A stretch of 64,000 nucleotides of DNA, taken from the IMG/VR virus record IMGVR_UViG_3300045972_000791, positions 3,154-67,153 of that record, one strand, 5' to 3'. The translations under genes were made by a program, and so were the position numbers. This stretch comes from a virus. Below the pieces are notes generated by a model. It was not told where the DNA came from, did no database searches, and worked only from the letters and a program-made list of their open reading frames with translations. How positions within the stretch are numbered: position 1 is the first letter of the stretch; each line of letters begins with the position of its first letter. This document shows positions 38,492-48,019 of the stretch, piece by piece.

Positions 38492-38527
38492 GTTAGTTCC
38501 CCATACTAAAAAGTATGGGGAACTAAC
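38492..38527. terminator. Palindrome/terminator
   Basis: GTTAGTTCCCCATACT-AAAA-AGTATGGGGAACTAAC. Confidence 0.65.
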
Positions 38528-38533
38528 ATAAGA

Positions 38534-38884
38534 TTAATGCATAGGGGAATGTCTACGTGTAAGATATACACGAACTTGTGCCTTGGCCTTCTGTCCATAC
38601 TTGCGTTGTATCGCAGCACGGAAGCTTTTCATTTTAAGATAGTGGAACAACATTTTAGAATAGAGAGGATCTCCACCCTGTTTTGCAATCAAGTTAGCTG
38701 CACGAGCAACCATACGCTTGATCTTAAGTTCTTTCTTGACTTTGTACTTACCAGTGATCATGCTACCTTCACCAAGCATTTCAAGGCTTTTGCAAGCGAT
38801 GTCATGTGCCTGATCAAGAATTGCAAGACTCTCACTGGTGAATTCAAATTCCTCATTAGCATTAGCTTCATCATTCAGAAACAT
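38534..38884 (-). CDS. Small virion/head protein (acidic propeptide, basic core)
   Basis: Late promoter motif; LGE-G site separates acidic and basic halves. Confidence 0.55.
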   Translation of the reverse strand: MFLNDEANANEEFEFTSESLAILDQAHDIACKSLEMLGEGSMITGKYKVKKELKIKRMVARAANLIAKQGGDPLYSKMLFHYLKMKSFRAAIQRKYGQKAKAQVRVYLTRRHSPMH

Positions 38885-38949
38885 GTGTATCTCCTTTACC
38901 TATTGTTTTTATGAGACCTATATTGTCTCGGTGCGCAACACAGTGCGTC

Positions 38950-39019
38950 TAATAGATTGTTATAGTTTATAATGAATTGTTTATATTATACCCTTAAAAT
39001 ATTTGACAACAGATTATCA
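38950..39019. promoter_or_regulatory. Divergent pair of AACA-N6-YR promoters
   Basis: Minus 38950-38961 AACA ATCTAT TA; plus 39008-39019 AACA GATTAT CA (polB C-half). Confidence 0.6.
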
Positions 39020-39040
39020 CTATTCGAAAAGGAGTAATAT

Positions 39041-40963
39041 ATGGACTTTATTAATGAGTGGGCTAATCAAGCAGCAGAACAGATTGCAATTATAAAAGGT
39101 ATTCCGTATGATCAAAAACTTATAAATAAAATACTAAAAGTTGGTAAGGCTCAGCTTCAGACAAAAGAGATGATTATCCATAATAATCTTACTCAGGTAG
39201 TCGAAGAAGGTACTACTGAAGATCTTTTAGATTATTATTTGGGTGATGATAAACCTCTTATGACTGGATATGGAGTTCTTTATCAACAACATGAAGGTTC
39301 TCTCAACCTTCCAGCTAAGATGTTAGCTTATTTAGGTTCAGAACGAAAAGTAGTAAAAAAGAAAATGTTTGAACATGTAAACGACGTTGATAAAGGCATA
39401 TATAATGCTTACGATACCAAACAAAAGGTTATTAAAGTTCTAGCCAATAGCTTCTATGGTGTTATGGGTCAAAAGAGTTTTATCTTTCATAATGAGTATA
39501 ATGGTCCAGCAATTACATATACTGCATATCAGATCATTACTAACTCAATGTTATCTATTGAAGCGTTTATGGCTAATAATGTTAGATTTAAAAACTTTGA
39601 TCAGATTATTCAATTTATTACTAATAGTTTAAAAACTACTCCTAGAACTCCTATTGAACAGATAATAGGTAGTAAAAAAGTTTTTAAATGCCCTAATATA
39701 ATTGAGTATTTAGTTAGTATGTCTGATTTTGATCTAACAGAAAAAGAGATAGATCTTCTAAATACCGCAGTTGGTGGATTAGTTCATGAAGAGATTTGGT
39801 TGTTATACTTTAAAAGGAATTTATTTGAATTTCTAAAACAGCCTAAAATAATTGATATGCTAGGTGATTGTTTAGATGGAGATTTTGTCAATCCAGATGA
39901 ACCACCTGAAGCAGTTAAACCTACAATAGATGCACTCTATGAATTGTTAGTAGACTATGTATCATATGACTATTTATATGAAGATCGTTTTGAACGCTCA
40001 CATGAGTTAGTTAGACAAGTTATCCTTGTAGTTGATACCGATTCTAACTTTATTTCACTAATGCCATTCTATGATTTCATGGCTGATCAATTTGATCTAG
40101 GTGACAAAGATGACAAAGAAGCATATATACCTGTGTGTAATATTATTACTCATATATTGAGTAGATATATCCATCGTACCCTCCATCTATTTGCAAATAA
40201 TATGAACCTCACAAAAGACAATCAGAAATTTCTTGCGATGAAATCAGAGTTTCTTTTTTCAAGAGTTCTTCTTACTAATAATAAGAAACAGTATGCTGCA
40301 AATATTGTGGCTACTGAAGGTAATGTTCTTGATAAACCAAAGCTTGAATTGAAGGGTATTTCCATAAAAAAGACAGGTCTTAATAAAGCTACACGTACAT
40401 ATTTTACTAAAATACTTGAAGATATGATGCTCAATGCTAAAGAGATCGATATTCCTGCCATATTGAGGAAATATTGGGAGTACGAGCGTGCTATTGTGAA
40501 GGGGCTTACTGAAGACCTTTCTACACAATTTTGTACACCTGGCAAGTACTCTAGCATAGATTCGTATAAGAACTATGCGCAGATGGATGTTGTTCGTGGT
40601 ACAATGCTGTGGAATTATATGAATGAAAGTAGACCTATTGGAAATCACAGTAAGATAAATAAAATTAAACTTAGAAGTATGACTAAAGATGAATTGAAAG
40701 AAGCTATGAAAGATTTTCCTGAAGATTTAGAAGCATTATTAGAGCTTATGGAAAAAGATGAAGTATTTAAAAAATATGGATTAGATATTTTAGCTCTACC
40801 AAAAGATTTAGAGACAATTCCAGATTGGGTTAGACCTCTTATGGATGTTAGTACTATGGCTAGTGATATTATGAGAAATGCAATAGTTCTTCTTGAAAGT
40901 TTAGGAGTACAATTACTCACTATTAGAAGTAAGAACTACTATAGTAATATTCTTCAGATGTAA
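39041..40963 (+). CDS. Family B DNA polymerase, C-terminal half (motifs B and C, thumb)
   Basis: ERK..KKKM, Q...KVLANSFYG, VDTDSNF, KKQYA, KGI. Confidence 0.9.
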   Translation: MDFINEWANQAAEQIAIIKGIPYDQKLINKILKVGKAQLQTKEMIIHNNLTQVVEEGTTEDLLDYYLGDDKPLMTGYGVLYQQHEGSLNLPAKMLAYLGSERKVVKKKMFEHVNDVDKGIYNAYDTKQKVIKVLANSFYGVMGQKSFIFHNEYNGPAITYTAYQIITNSMLSIEAFMANNVRFKNFDQIIQFITNSLKTTPRTPIEQIIGSKKVFKCPNIIEYLVSMSDFDLTEKEIDLLNTAVGGLVHEEIWLLYFKRNLFEFLKQPKIIDMLGDCLDGDFVNPDEPPEAVKPTIDALYELLVDYVSYDYLYEDRFERSHELVRQVILVVDTDSNFISLMPFYDFMADQFDLGDKDDKEAYIPVCNIITHILSRYIHRTLHLFANNMNLTKDNQKFLAMKSEFLFSRVLLTNNKKQYAANIVATEGNVLDKPKLELKGISIKKTGLNKATRTYFTKILEDMMLNAKEIDIPAILRKYWEYERAIVKGLTEDLSTQFCTPGKYSSIDSYKNYAQMDVVRGTMLWNYMNESRPIGNHSKINKIKLRSMTKDELKEAMKDFPEDLEALLELMEKDEVFKKYGLDILALPKDLETIPDWVRPLMDVSTMASDIMRNAIVLLESLGVQLLTIRSKNYYSNILQM

Positions 40964-40971
40964 ATAATCTC

Positions 40972-40994
40972 GCATATACCTATATGGTATATGC
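40972..40994. repeat. 23-bp palindromic direct repeat, copy 1
   Basis: GCATATACCTATATGGTATATGC. Confidence 0.9.
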
Positions 40995-40998
40995 GAGA

Positions 40999-41955
40999 TT
41001 AATCTAGACTTAATGTATACTCTTCCATAGCACTGTATAGCTCTTTACTAATTGCCCTACCTACAAATTGATCTTTCATTATTTGTAGAGCTTCTTCAGG
41101 AGTGTGTCCTTTTCTATACGGCCTATCAGCAATTAGAGCAGAGTAAACATCTGCAGTATTAATGATTCTAGTGTTTCGACCTATTTGATCGCCTTCTATA
41201 CCCCTAGGGTATCCTCTACCATCTAGTCTCTCATGATGATCCCTAATATTACTTAGGATTACTTCATTAGAAATAGTCTCTTTTATATAATCATACCCAA
41301 AAACCGTATGATCCTTCATTATATCGTACTCTTTATCAGTTAAACTCTCAGGCTTATTTATAATCTCGTCAGGTATAAATATTTTACCTATATCGTGTAG
41401 TATTGCTCCTGTACCTAAGTCAGATAATTCATCGTGATCTAAATTATACATTCGATGAGCAAGTACTAGTGATAAGGTTACAACATGTATGGCATGAGCA
41501 TACTCATATCCATTATGAACAATGATTTTACTGATTTCTTTAAATACATTAGGATTATTAAGACATGATGTTATTATACTATCTACCAATGTCCTACACC
41601 TATCTATATTACTACTGACTGCAATTGGGTTATTATAAATTTCAGATATATAGTTTGTAGATACTGTAAATAAAGCATCTATTTTCTTTGTAACTGAATA
41701 ATTCTTATTTGCAACTATATTCTCTAAAACTTCTTCCGTCTGACGGGTAAAAACTTCCATATCACCATATCTTAAATATATGAACTCAGTACTAGATCTA
41801 TTTAATCTCTCAATATCTCTTCTAGTAAATAATTCCCCTGCCGGTTTGTATAAGATATAATTATCTCTATTCTTTATAAAGACTGGGAAGTTTAAAGGAA
41901 AATCATCAATAAATGATGATACAAGGATACTTTTATATAAATTATCCCTACTCAC
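40999..41955 (-). CDS. HD-GYP cyclic dinucleotide phosphodiesterase
   Basis: H..HV, LHDIGK, KP..LT..EY..MK.H...G, HHERLDG.GYP.G, AD.YSAL...RPYR. Confidence 0.92.
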   Translation of the reverse strand: MSRDNLYKSILVSSFIDDFPLNFPVFIKNRDNYILYKPAGELFTRRDIERLNRSSTEFIYLRYGDMEVFTRQTEEVLENIVANKNYSVTKKIDALFTVSTNYISEIYNNPIAVSSNIDRCRTLVDSIITSCLNNPNVFKEISKIIVHNGYEYAHAIHVVTLSLVLAHRMYNLDHDELSDLGTGAILHDIGKIFIPDEIINKPESLTDKEYDIMKDHTVFGYDYIKETISNEVILSNIRDHHERLDGRGYPRGIEGDQIGRNTRIINTADVYSALIADRPYRKGHTPEEALQIMKDQFVGRAISKELYSAMEEYTLSLD

Positions 41956-41983
41956 ATTTAGCTCCTAGACTGTTATTTAATAT

Positions 41984-41995
41984 CAATAGGATGTT
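41984..41995 (-). promoter_or_regulatory. Late-type promoter
   Basis: AACA TCCTAT TG upstream of HD-GYP. Confidence 0.65.
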
Positions 41996-42016
41996 CATTA
42001 AATATTTGGGAGATCT

Positions 42017-42039
42017 GCATATACCTATATGGTATATGC
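42017..42039. repeat. 23-bp palindromic direct repeat, copy 2
   Basis: Identical to 40972-40994. Confidence 0.9.
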
Positions 42040-42049
42040 AGATTTTTAC

Positions 42050-42640
42050 TCATGCACTAGCTAATTTGGCTTCAAGCAGCTTAATATCTTTATCTAGATC
42101 TTTTCTTTTTTCACGTTGTTTTTGGAGAGCAGATATAATTTTAGCTTTAGCAATTGGATCAAATTTTTCTTCTCTGGCTTTCATAATACCTAGTATCTGG
42201 ATGATAGTTTGTATTAATCGTGCAATAATACCAACTGCACATGTAGCTGATATTAGTGCAAAGAGTATAGTTACACCAGTTATAACCATTCCAGCAAGAG
42301 CAAGTACTGCAGTATCTTTAGCACCAGTCTTAGCTGCAAGCTTGGCATTATTCATCCATGCTTCAGCTTTTGTTTCTATGGCACTTTTACCTTCAGTTAA
42401 GAAATGAACTCCTTCATTCTGAATCCAGGTACCTTTAGGACTTTTATGGAATTTAGTTTTAACTGCAGACCAAGCTGTAGCATGACATACTTGTTCTCTT
42501 GTAGCATGACCTACAAGTTTTTTAGGATCTGAATTAGCTTCAAAGCATTCATTGAATGCAGCTACATAAATTTCTTGTGCATGGTCAGGAAGTATTTCTC
42601 GTATAGTACGAGATAACTCAGTAGTATTTTTATATGGCAT
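42050..42640 (-). CDS. ChaB-domain fusion protein
   Basis: MPY....LP.HAQEIY..AFN...AWSAVK..F.K...G.W followed by about 120 extra residues. Confidence 0.85.
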   Translation of the reverse strand: MPYKNTTELSRTIREILPDHAQEIYVAAFNECFEANSDPKKLVGHATREQVCHATAWSAVKTKFHKSPKGTWIQNEGVHFLTEGKSAIETKAEAWMNNAKLAAKTGAKDTAVLALAGMVITGVTILFALISATCAVGIIARLIQTIIQILGIMKAREEKFDPIAKAKIISALQKQREKRKDLDKDIKLLEAKLASA

Positions 42641-42649
42641 ATTAGTTCC

Positions 42650-42778
42650 TCAACTTTTAGCAGATTTAGCTTTAGTTCTACATTTTGCAGCCAAACTCTT
42701 TATTTCAGATATACCTTTTTTGACATTAGCTTTTCTTTGAGCATCTTTGTTTGGATTATTTTTAGATACTCTTCCCAC
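42650..42778 (-). CDS. 42-aa basic peptide
   Basis: GTG start; MGRVSKNNPNKDAQRKANVKKGISEIKSLAAKCRTKAKSAKS fills the protease-ChaB gap exactly. Confidence 0.45.
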   Translation of the reverse strand: MGRVSKNNPNKDAQRKANVKKGISEIKSLAAKCRTKAKSAKS

Positions 42779-42783
42779 TAATA

Positions 42784-43569
42784 TTAAAATGCTCTTGCCA
42801 TAAATTCATCAAGCTTTTTAATAGTAGATTGCTCAAGGAACAAACGTGCAGTAGTCTGTCCATGTTTAATTGAAGCCATCTTACCATCATAACCTATCTT
42901 AGCCTCATCTAGACCGCAATTTAAGAAAGTTTCTGCAGCTTCATGCATAACACCTTCTCTAGACAAGAATTCACGTAAATTAGACTCAGTAAGAGCAATC
43001 TGGATGTCCTCATTATTAGAAGTAATCATAGCTGATTCAATAACATTTTCCATATAAGCAGGTACGTGTGATGGATGAAGAACCCAATCCCAAGTAAGAG
43101 CTTTCATTGGATTAGAAATAACTTGCTTACCAGATTCAGTCTTGATAGGAGCCATACCACGGAAAGAGAATGCAACTTTACATCCTTGCTCAACAAGACC
43201 TTTCATATCACGACCAATACGGGTGTTGGCAGTTTCAACAACACCTTTCATAAGATTCCTGTCAAACTTAAGGTCTGTTATGATGTGTGATGCACGGGAC
43301 ATATCAATAGTCATCTGACGTTCAATAGACTGATCTAAAGGATGTCCACACTCACCAAGAAGTGATTTAGTTTTAAGACGTTCTACGATATAAGGAGCTT
43401 TAATCGCTTCCTGAAGGATTTTTGTTGGATAGATGCGTCTATTCCTATTCTCAACATCTCCCTCTTGAAGAATACAGTTCATTCGTACATACTGTTTTGT
43501 AGATTGAATGATTTCAGGTTTAGACTCTACTCCAGCTTCCGTTAAGATATAACCGAGTGTTTTACTCAT
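42784..43569 (-). CDS. Prohead protease (T4 gp21-like)
   Basis: NRNRRIYP, LGECGHP, SHII, FSFRG, WDWV..PS. Confidence 0.92.
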   Translation of the reverse strand: MSKTLGYILTEAGVESKPEIIQSTKQYVRMNCILQEGDVENRNRRIYPTKILQEAIKAPYIVERLKTKSLLGECGHPLDQSIERQMTIDMSRASHIITDLKFDRNLMKGVVETANTRIGRDMKGLVEQGCKVAFSFRGMAPIKTESGKQVISNPMKALTWDWVLHPSHVPAYMENVIESAMITSNNEDIQIALTESNLREFLSREGVMHEAAETFLNCGLDEAKIGYDGKMASIKHGQTTARLFLEQSTIKKLDEFMARAF

Positions 43570-43630
43570 TTTATTATCCTTTCCTATGAAAATTATCCTA
43601 TGAAAATTATGAAAAAAAATTAAGGGTTAC

Positions 43631-43642
43631 TAATAAAATGTT
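43631..43642 (-). promoter_or_regulatory. Late-type promoter
   Basis: AACA TTTTAT TA upstream of the protease gene. Confidence 0.7.
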
Positions 43643-43660
43643 AGACTTAAGATGATATTA

Positions 43661-43692
43661 GTGGGAGTATCTCAATTAAGAGATACTCCCAC
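43661..43692. terminator. Palindrome after csp
   Basis: GTGGGAGTATCTC-AATTAA-GAGATACTCCCAC. Confidence 0.65.
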
Positions 43693-43706
43693 GTAGATTT
43701 GTTAGA

Positions 43707-43910
43707 TTATTTAACAACAGCTACATTAGAAGCCTGTTGTCCTTTCTGTCCTTGAACAATATCAAGAGTTACCTTATCGTTCTCTTTAAGAGTTTTAAAA
43801 CCATCACCTGCGATTGCGGAAAAATGGACGAATACGTCATCTTTACCCTCAACTGAGATGAAACCAAAACCTTTTGCCTCATTAAACCACTTAACTGTTC
43901 CTTGTGCCAT
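43707..43910 (-). CDS. cspA: Cold-shock protein
   Basis: GTVKWFN..KGFGFI...DVFVHFSAI...GFKTL. Confidence 0.95.
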   Translation of the reverse strand: MAQGTVKWFNEAKGFGFISVEGKDDVFVHFSAIAGDGFKTLKENDKVTLDIVQGQKGQQASNVAVVK

Positions 43911-43970
43911 TGCTTTTTCCTTTTCTTACTTTCTTGATATATCAGAGAACTATGCTCTGAAATTGTATTC

Positions 43971-43982
43971 TGATTATTTGTT
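43971..43982 (-). promoter_or_regulatory. Late-type promoter
   Basis: AACA AATAAT CA upstream of csp. Confidence 0.55.
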
Positions 43983-44048
43983 ACCATTTTTTAGAGTAAA
44001 AAGTGGCTTACGCCTTGTTAGTGCGTCTATCATAACATTAATATGTGT

Positions 44049-44504
44049 TTATAAATTCTGTCGCCTTGCCCATTCAGCAATAAGAATTGCCTCAGCTATA
44101 CCATCATGTTTTACACGACCCTTTGGAGGGATAAGGTTAACTGTAGGAAATATCTTCTCACATAGTACAATTGCATTATTTTTATCAGAATTTAGATGCA
44201 TTGTTTTCTTCCATGTTTGAGGAGCTACATCATGATATGGTATCTCCATCCAATATGCAGACGTTTCAAATATACCAAAATGATTACCATATCCAAATGC
44301 AGATTTTATACCCTGTTTAGGCATTGTCTGAGCACGTTCAGAGATAATACACATTCCTCCAAGACATTTCTCATACCATAGATGCAGTTTGCTAATTATG
44401 TCCTTTTTTCCATCAGGCATTTTACAATACTCAATAAGCATTCTATCATCACCTAATAAACATAATCCACCTTTCTGACCTGGATCAACACCTAAATATA
44501 GCAT
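44049..44504 (-). CDS. RuvC-like Holliday junction resolvase
   Basis: LGVDPG..GG, E, SAF.YG..FG, V.PQ.WKK, HDG.AEA.LIA. Confidence 0.88.
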   Translation of the reverse strand: MLYLGVDPGQKGGLCLLGDDRMLIEYCKMPDGKKDIISKLHLWYEKCLGGMCIISERAQTMPKQGIKSAFGYGNHFGIFETSAYWMEIPYHDVAPQTWKKTMHLNSDKNNAIVLCEKIFPTVNLIPPKGRVKHDGIAEAILIAEWARRQNL

Positions 44505-45076
44505 TATTTACTCCTATATATTTCTAAAAGACAATCTTTCTCTCCACCAGCCATAACATCGCATGCTTCATTCCAAATGTGTCCTTTATGCCCACGCACC
44601 CAACTAAAATATACATCTAAATAACTACCGTAGCTTAATACATTAGATGCATTGCTTAGTTTAACAAGTTTTTTCCACAGATCTATATTAGCTGTTGATT
44701 GCCCTTGGTTGTTCTTCCAACCACGCTTTAACCAACCTCTCATATACTCTGTAGCACCACGTATGACATATTGTGAATCAGATACAACTGTAACCTTAGT
44801 GCCTTCTTCATATAATTCTTTTACTTTTGATAGACCACTTATAACGCCTAACAACTCCATACGAGAGATTGATGTTGACATCTCCCCTCCAGAACCACGC
44901 TGTACTTCTTCACCTGATTCAGTTATAACAAAACCCCAACCCCCAATGCATGGGTGGTTGGGGTCTTTTTGACCGTTATTCCATGTGCTACCATCAGTAT
45001 AGAGAAATACACCGTCATCTGGGTTCAATTTAGAATAATCAAGATACTTTATTCTATCTGAAAACCCTTTCTCCAT
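44504..45076 (-). CDS. rnhA: Ribonuclease HI
   Basis: YTDGS, GGWG, RMEL.GV, SDSQYV, W...GWK, N.DLW, WVRGH.G...NE.CD. Confidence 0.93.
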   Translation of the reverse strand: MEKGFSDRIKYLDYSKLNPDDGVFLYTDGSTWNNGQKDPNHPCIGGWGFVITESGEEVQRGSGGEMSTSISRMELLGVISGLSKVKELYEEGTKVTVVSDSQYVIRGATEYMRGWLKRGWKNNQGQSTANIDLWKKLVKLSNASNVLSYGSYLDVYFSWVRGHKGHIWNEACDVMAGGEKDCLLEIYRSK

Positions 45077-45085
45077 ATATTACCT

Positions 45086-45472
45086 CTATTCTGCAGGAGT
45101 TGCTGCAGCTTTTTCCTGTGCTTGAGATAAGATGTATTGATGAGCCATTCTATTGGCTGTGGTCTGCATATTTCTGCAACAATCCGTCATCATCTGAATG
45201 TACTGAAACGGGTCATTCGAAAACATTCCAGTATAAGCACATACAAGACCGGAAAGTTTACCAGAGACTTCAGTCACATTGGTAAGATTAGTAGTTGGCG
45301 AGAGAGTAACTAATACTGCATGAAGAAATTCATCATTAGGTGCAATTGCAGCTAACAAATCTTCATTCTTTTTCATAATTTCTTCATGTGTAAGTTCAAC
45401 TTCTTCTACTGGTTGTACTAGAGGAGCTTCTTCATTTTCTACAATGATTGCATCTTCTACTTGGTTTTCCAT
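45086..45472 (-). CDS. Hypothetical protein
   Basis: 128-aa ORF in operon. Confidence 0.65.
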   Translation of the reverse strand: MENQVEDAIIVENEEAPLVQPVEEVELTHEEIMKKNEDLLAAIAPNDEFLHAVLVTLSPTTNLTNVTEVSGKLSGLVCAYTGMFSNDPFQYIQMMTDCCRNMQTTANRMAHQYILSQAQEKAAATPAE

Positions 45473-45496
45473 GGTTTCTCTTCCTTTTCATTTGAA

Positions 45497-46468
45497 TTAT
45501 AGTACCATTATTCTGGTTTTGATCTTATCTTTCGTATGCCCAAAATCATCCTCAATCTTATTATAAGCTATGTTAAATTTAAATGATGGATATTTGGCTT
45601 TGAGCTTTTGAAAGAATCTTTCTTTAACATCATTATCAGAATAAATGGTTACATCCTGCTTGAGGAATCCTAATTTTACTATGTTGTTTATTATACCACC
45701 AAATCCCTTACCCTGACATGCTGAATAAATTACATTACCAGTTTTAGGTTTCTCACAGTGATGAATTGCACCTAATAGACTTATAATACCTTCAGCCATT
45801 ACTACACTAATTGATGGATTTAGTAAATCTACTTCAGTTGCAATTCTATAGGTTCTATCTGAAACTGCATTAGGGAATATCTGATAATCAATATATCTTT
45901 GATATTTACCTGATACATCACGAAATGTTATAAAAGAACCATCTGCAGATAAGAAGCCGAGATAATTGCGGTGGATATCGTCAACATCTTGTTCATGATA
46001 ACTTAACTTGTCAATTTTATTAAACTTTAGAAATTCCTTAAAGTTTGTAATAATCCTAAGTCTTGGAACGTCGTCTTCAGTAAATTGAACTCCTATCCTA
46101 TCATTTAGATACTGTAGCTTACGCATACCATATCCATATCTAGGGATAGTAGTTAAAGGTTGTCCATTCGTGAGCCTAAGTTTTTTAATCTTAAGCCCAC
46201 GCATGAACTTTTTCTCATTATTATTAGCAAATTCAATTCCATCCAGATCATAGATTTTATTATCTCGAAGGAACTTGACAGTCATAGCAGATCCAGCTAT
46301 ATCGCATATTTTACAATGCCATGCATACGGCTCTTTTTTAGAGATGTATAAATGTGCATGCGAAGAGTCCCTTGAATCACCACAACTTTTACACCTAATT
46401 TGAAATTCTGTATGATTTTCATAGAAAACACTACATGTACGTCTAAGTAGATCTCCTAAATCATTCAT
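45497..46468 (-). CDS. DNA primase (T4 gp61-like)
   Basis: Zn finger RC..CGDS...HLY...HC..C; TOPRIM AEG and YSDND. Confidence 0.8.
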   Translation of the reverse strand: MNDLGDLLRRTCSVFYENHTEFQIRCKSCGDSRDSSHAHLYISKKEPYAWHCKICDIAGSAMTVKFLRDNKIYDLDGIEFANNNEKKFMRGLKIKKLRLTNGQPLTTIPRYGYGMRKLQYLNDRIGVQFTEDDVPRLRIITNFKEFLKFNKIDKLSYHEQDVDDIHRNYLGFLSADGSFITFRDVSGKYQRYIDYQIFPNAVSDRTYRIATEVDLLNPSISVVMAEGIISLLGAIHHCEKPKTGNVIYSACQGKGFGGIINNIVKLGFLKQDVTIYSDNDVKERFFQKLKAKYPSFKFNIAYNKIEDDFGHTKDKIKTRIMVL

Positions 46469-48004
46469 CTAACTCACCATATGAATAAACCTAAGTACTT
46501 CGTCAGATATAGATGATATATTGTAGCTCATTGGGAGATACTCATCTTCATCATCTACTCTTGGAAGTCTATCAAATTTATTTTTCTCAAGCGTTGCAAT
46601 GAATTTGATAACAATAGTGCTGTCTGCGAGACGTTGCCCTATAAAACTAAACTTACTGTGTATCTTTTTGTAGCTAGTACTCCTAATAAGTTCAGATATA
46701 AATTTCTTACTAGATAATGTTTCTCTGGCAATAATTTCACTATCTTTAGGAATACCAGTTAAGTAATCAGCTAGAATAGGAAGATCATGCTTATAGAGTA
46801 ACTTTTCAGCAATCATTAACAGTTTTATATACTGAATTTTAGTTGCTGAATTTAAAGCCTCTTGTCTTCCCATCTCTCGTTGATATATGAGAGTTAGAAT
46901 TCTTTTCTGTAAATCATTAATCTTGATACGATTCAGATAGTAACTCAACTCCTCTGGACATATATCATAATCCAGTTCCCGAATATACTTTCGGATGATG
47001 GATTCGATATTTGCATCGTTTATCACCTTCAAGCCTTCATCATGCTGATAGGCTTGCTCAATCCTTTCAAAAGGATTGCTTCCCTCATCAGAGTCTATAT
47101 CAATTGTATTGATTGGACGATATTGGATAGGGAAGTTTTGTGTAAACAAATACATAAGCTGATTCTTTAAAGTAGTATGAATATATGATACTATACCTCT
47201 ATTATGAGCTAATTTTGGAAGTGTATCACATATTGTCTTTCTATAAAGAATACGAATAAATACATCTGGTGTTATACCTAAATTCTTTAGATAAGACCAA
47301 ATGATTTTATCTGAATAGTTAGTTGCAACTACTCTAGACTCCGCTAATTTGAATAGTTTATTCTCTAAATTCATATGACTAGGAGTAAATTTACGTAGCA
47401 CTCTAAGGAATGAGCTAAAGATGAAACTATTTGTTGGATTCTCTGAGATTGGATCTGCTGCTTTAACAAGACTAAATCTCAATTCACAAAAATCCATTAT
47501 GATAGGGATAATCAGTTTTGCTGCAAAGGATGCTTTAATTACTGCTTTAGTGTGCTCTGGCTTGAATTGTAGTTCTACATTTTTAATCTTGTCATCACTG
47601 AGAGATGGTGGTTCATAGTAGATTTCCTCTATATTATCAGAGATAATCTTAACGACTTCATCATCGATAAGTCTATCTATAGCCTGATAAAACTGCTCTA
47701 GAGTTATTTCTACCTCTTCATCACTATCAGTATCCTCTCTATATTCGGCAAATGCGTCCATATTGAGAATACCAATTATTGCAAACTTCATTTTTAGATA
47801 ATTATAAACAAACGTTTCTGATCTACCACCAACATACGATATTGCTTCAGCAATTCTATCAGACATATTCCGATAGGTTTTTTTCTTGTTGAGTGGAAAA
47901 TTATTAAAGTTTGTTCCCCCAGTATAACCCTTCGACATATATTTATCAAAGTGTATGATTATACCGTCCTTCTCAGATGTAGTAACAAGTAAATCCTTTG
48001 CCAT
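46469..48004 (-). CDS. Conserved-looking phage protein; candidate sigma-like promoter-specificity subunit of non-virion RNAP
   Basis: 511 aa, predominantly helical; two genes downstream of groEL once the HNH is ignored, as recalled for AR9 gp228/gp226. Function is inferred from synteny only. Confidence 0.5.
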   Translation of the reverse strand: MAKDLLVTTSEKDGIIIHFDKYMSKGYTGGTNFNNFPLNKKKTYRNMSDRIAEAISYVGGRSETFVYNYLKMKFAIIGILNMDAFAEYREDTDSDEEVEITLEQFYQAIDRLIDDEVVKIISDNIEEIYYEPPSLSDDKIKNVELQFKPEHTKAVIKASFAAKLIIPIIMDFCELRFSLVKAADPISENPTNSFIFSSFLRVLRKFTPSHMNLENKLFKLAESRVVATNYSDKIIWSYLKNLGITPDVFIRILYRKTICDTLPKLAHNRGIVSYIHTTLKNQLMYLFTQNFPIQYRPINTIDIDSDEGSNPFERIEQAYQHDEGLKVINDANIESIIRKYIRELDYDICPEELSYYLNRIKINDLQKRILTLIYQREMGRQEALNSATKIQYIKLLMIAEKLLYKHDLPILADYLTGIPKDSEIIARETLSSKKFISELIRSTSYKKIHSKFSFIGQRLADSTIVIKFIATLEKNKFDRLPRVDDEDEYLPMSYNISSISDEVLRFIHMVS

Positions 48005-48019
48005 TGTTCCTCCTGTTTC

